Positions 63,361 to 64,000 of a stretch of 64,000 nt of DNA are shown piece by piece. The notes below the pieces were generated by a model. The model was not told where the DNA came from and searched no databases. It saw nothing but the letters and a program-made list of their open reading frames with translations. How positions within the stretch are numbered: the stretch's first letter is position 1; each line of letters opens with the position of its first letter. A program made the position numbers and the translations under genes. The stretch comes from Cetorhinus maximus (Eukaryota), in NCBI RefSeq assembly GCF_964194155.1, contig NC_135901.1, forward strand, positions 1,674,001-1,738,000, written 5' to 3'.

Positions 63361-64000
63361 CTGGTTAAGGAAGTTGCTGCTGAATTGCACATTAGATTTA
63401 TTACTGACTAAGTTATATTTATTTTCGACCTTGGCAAATGGAAATTCTTCCACTTATCAACCCTGTAAAAACACTTTTGTTATCTTAAATTCCTTGATCA
63501 GGTCACCCCTCACTCACTTTCCCAGAGAAAACATTTCCACCCTGTTCAAACTTTCTTGGTAGGTATAATCCTTCAGTTACAGCAACACTCCAGTAACTTA
63601 TTCTTGCATCTTCTCCAGTCCTTATAATATGGAGACCTGGGCTAATCTGAGCAGCAAATGCACCATTGTCCCCAAATGCCCGTATGTTGCAGCATTTTAG
63701 TCATTTTCCCATGAGCTGAATAAAAGATTGGATGGGCCGAGCAGATCCAACAAGCCAGCCTGTAACACTATGGAGTCTCTACTCCTTACAGTGAAGCAGT
63801 TGGCCATTTCACTCTTAATTCTTCAATTATGACATGCAGAATAGCGTGTCTGAGAATGACAAGATTTGAGCATGGTGACAGTAGGTCAGGTTAAGTTCAG
63901 TTAATGATTGCTGAACAGTGATAGGGGGAACTTGCAATTAATGTGCACCTTCATTGTGCATTTTCCAGATTAAAATGAATTGATCTTAGCCTTGAGTATA

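Overview
Eukaryotic (vertebrate, very likely shark/elasmobranch) genomic DNA. It holds a cluster of about 14 paralogous tandem C2H2 zinc-finger (ZNF) genes and gene relics with no visible KRAB/SCAN/BTB exon: about 4-5 have intact finger arrays, and the rest are truncated, pseudogenised or fragments. Each copy has the same layout: a GC-rich NRF1/YY1/CCAAT promoter (often head-to-head between two genes), a conserved intron end, a leader of 2-3 'dead' fingers carrying in-frame TGA codons at the same two positions in most paralogs, the MEKPWKC... finger array, and a conserved 3' tail. The spacers are filled with nested retroelements: CR1, L2 and RTE LINEs, Penelope-like elements with minimal hammerhead ribozymes, tRNA SINEs, a solo LTR, a decayed Gmr1-like (SCAN-type gag) Gypsy element, a PIF/Harbinger-like MITE and a probable retroviral env relic. 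The most intriguing signals are the positionally conserved UGA-interrupted leader (with a conserved post-stop frame), the hammerhead-bearing Penelope repeats, and the SCAN-type gag lying in sense orientation between two ZNF genes. All calls were made by eye; repeat boundaries are approximate.
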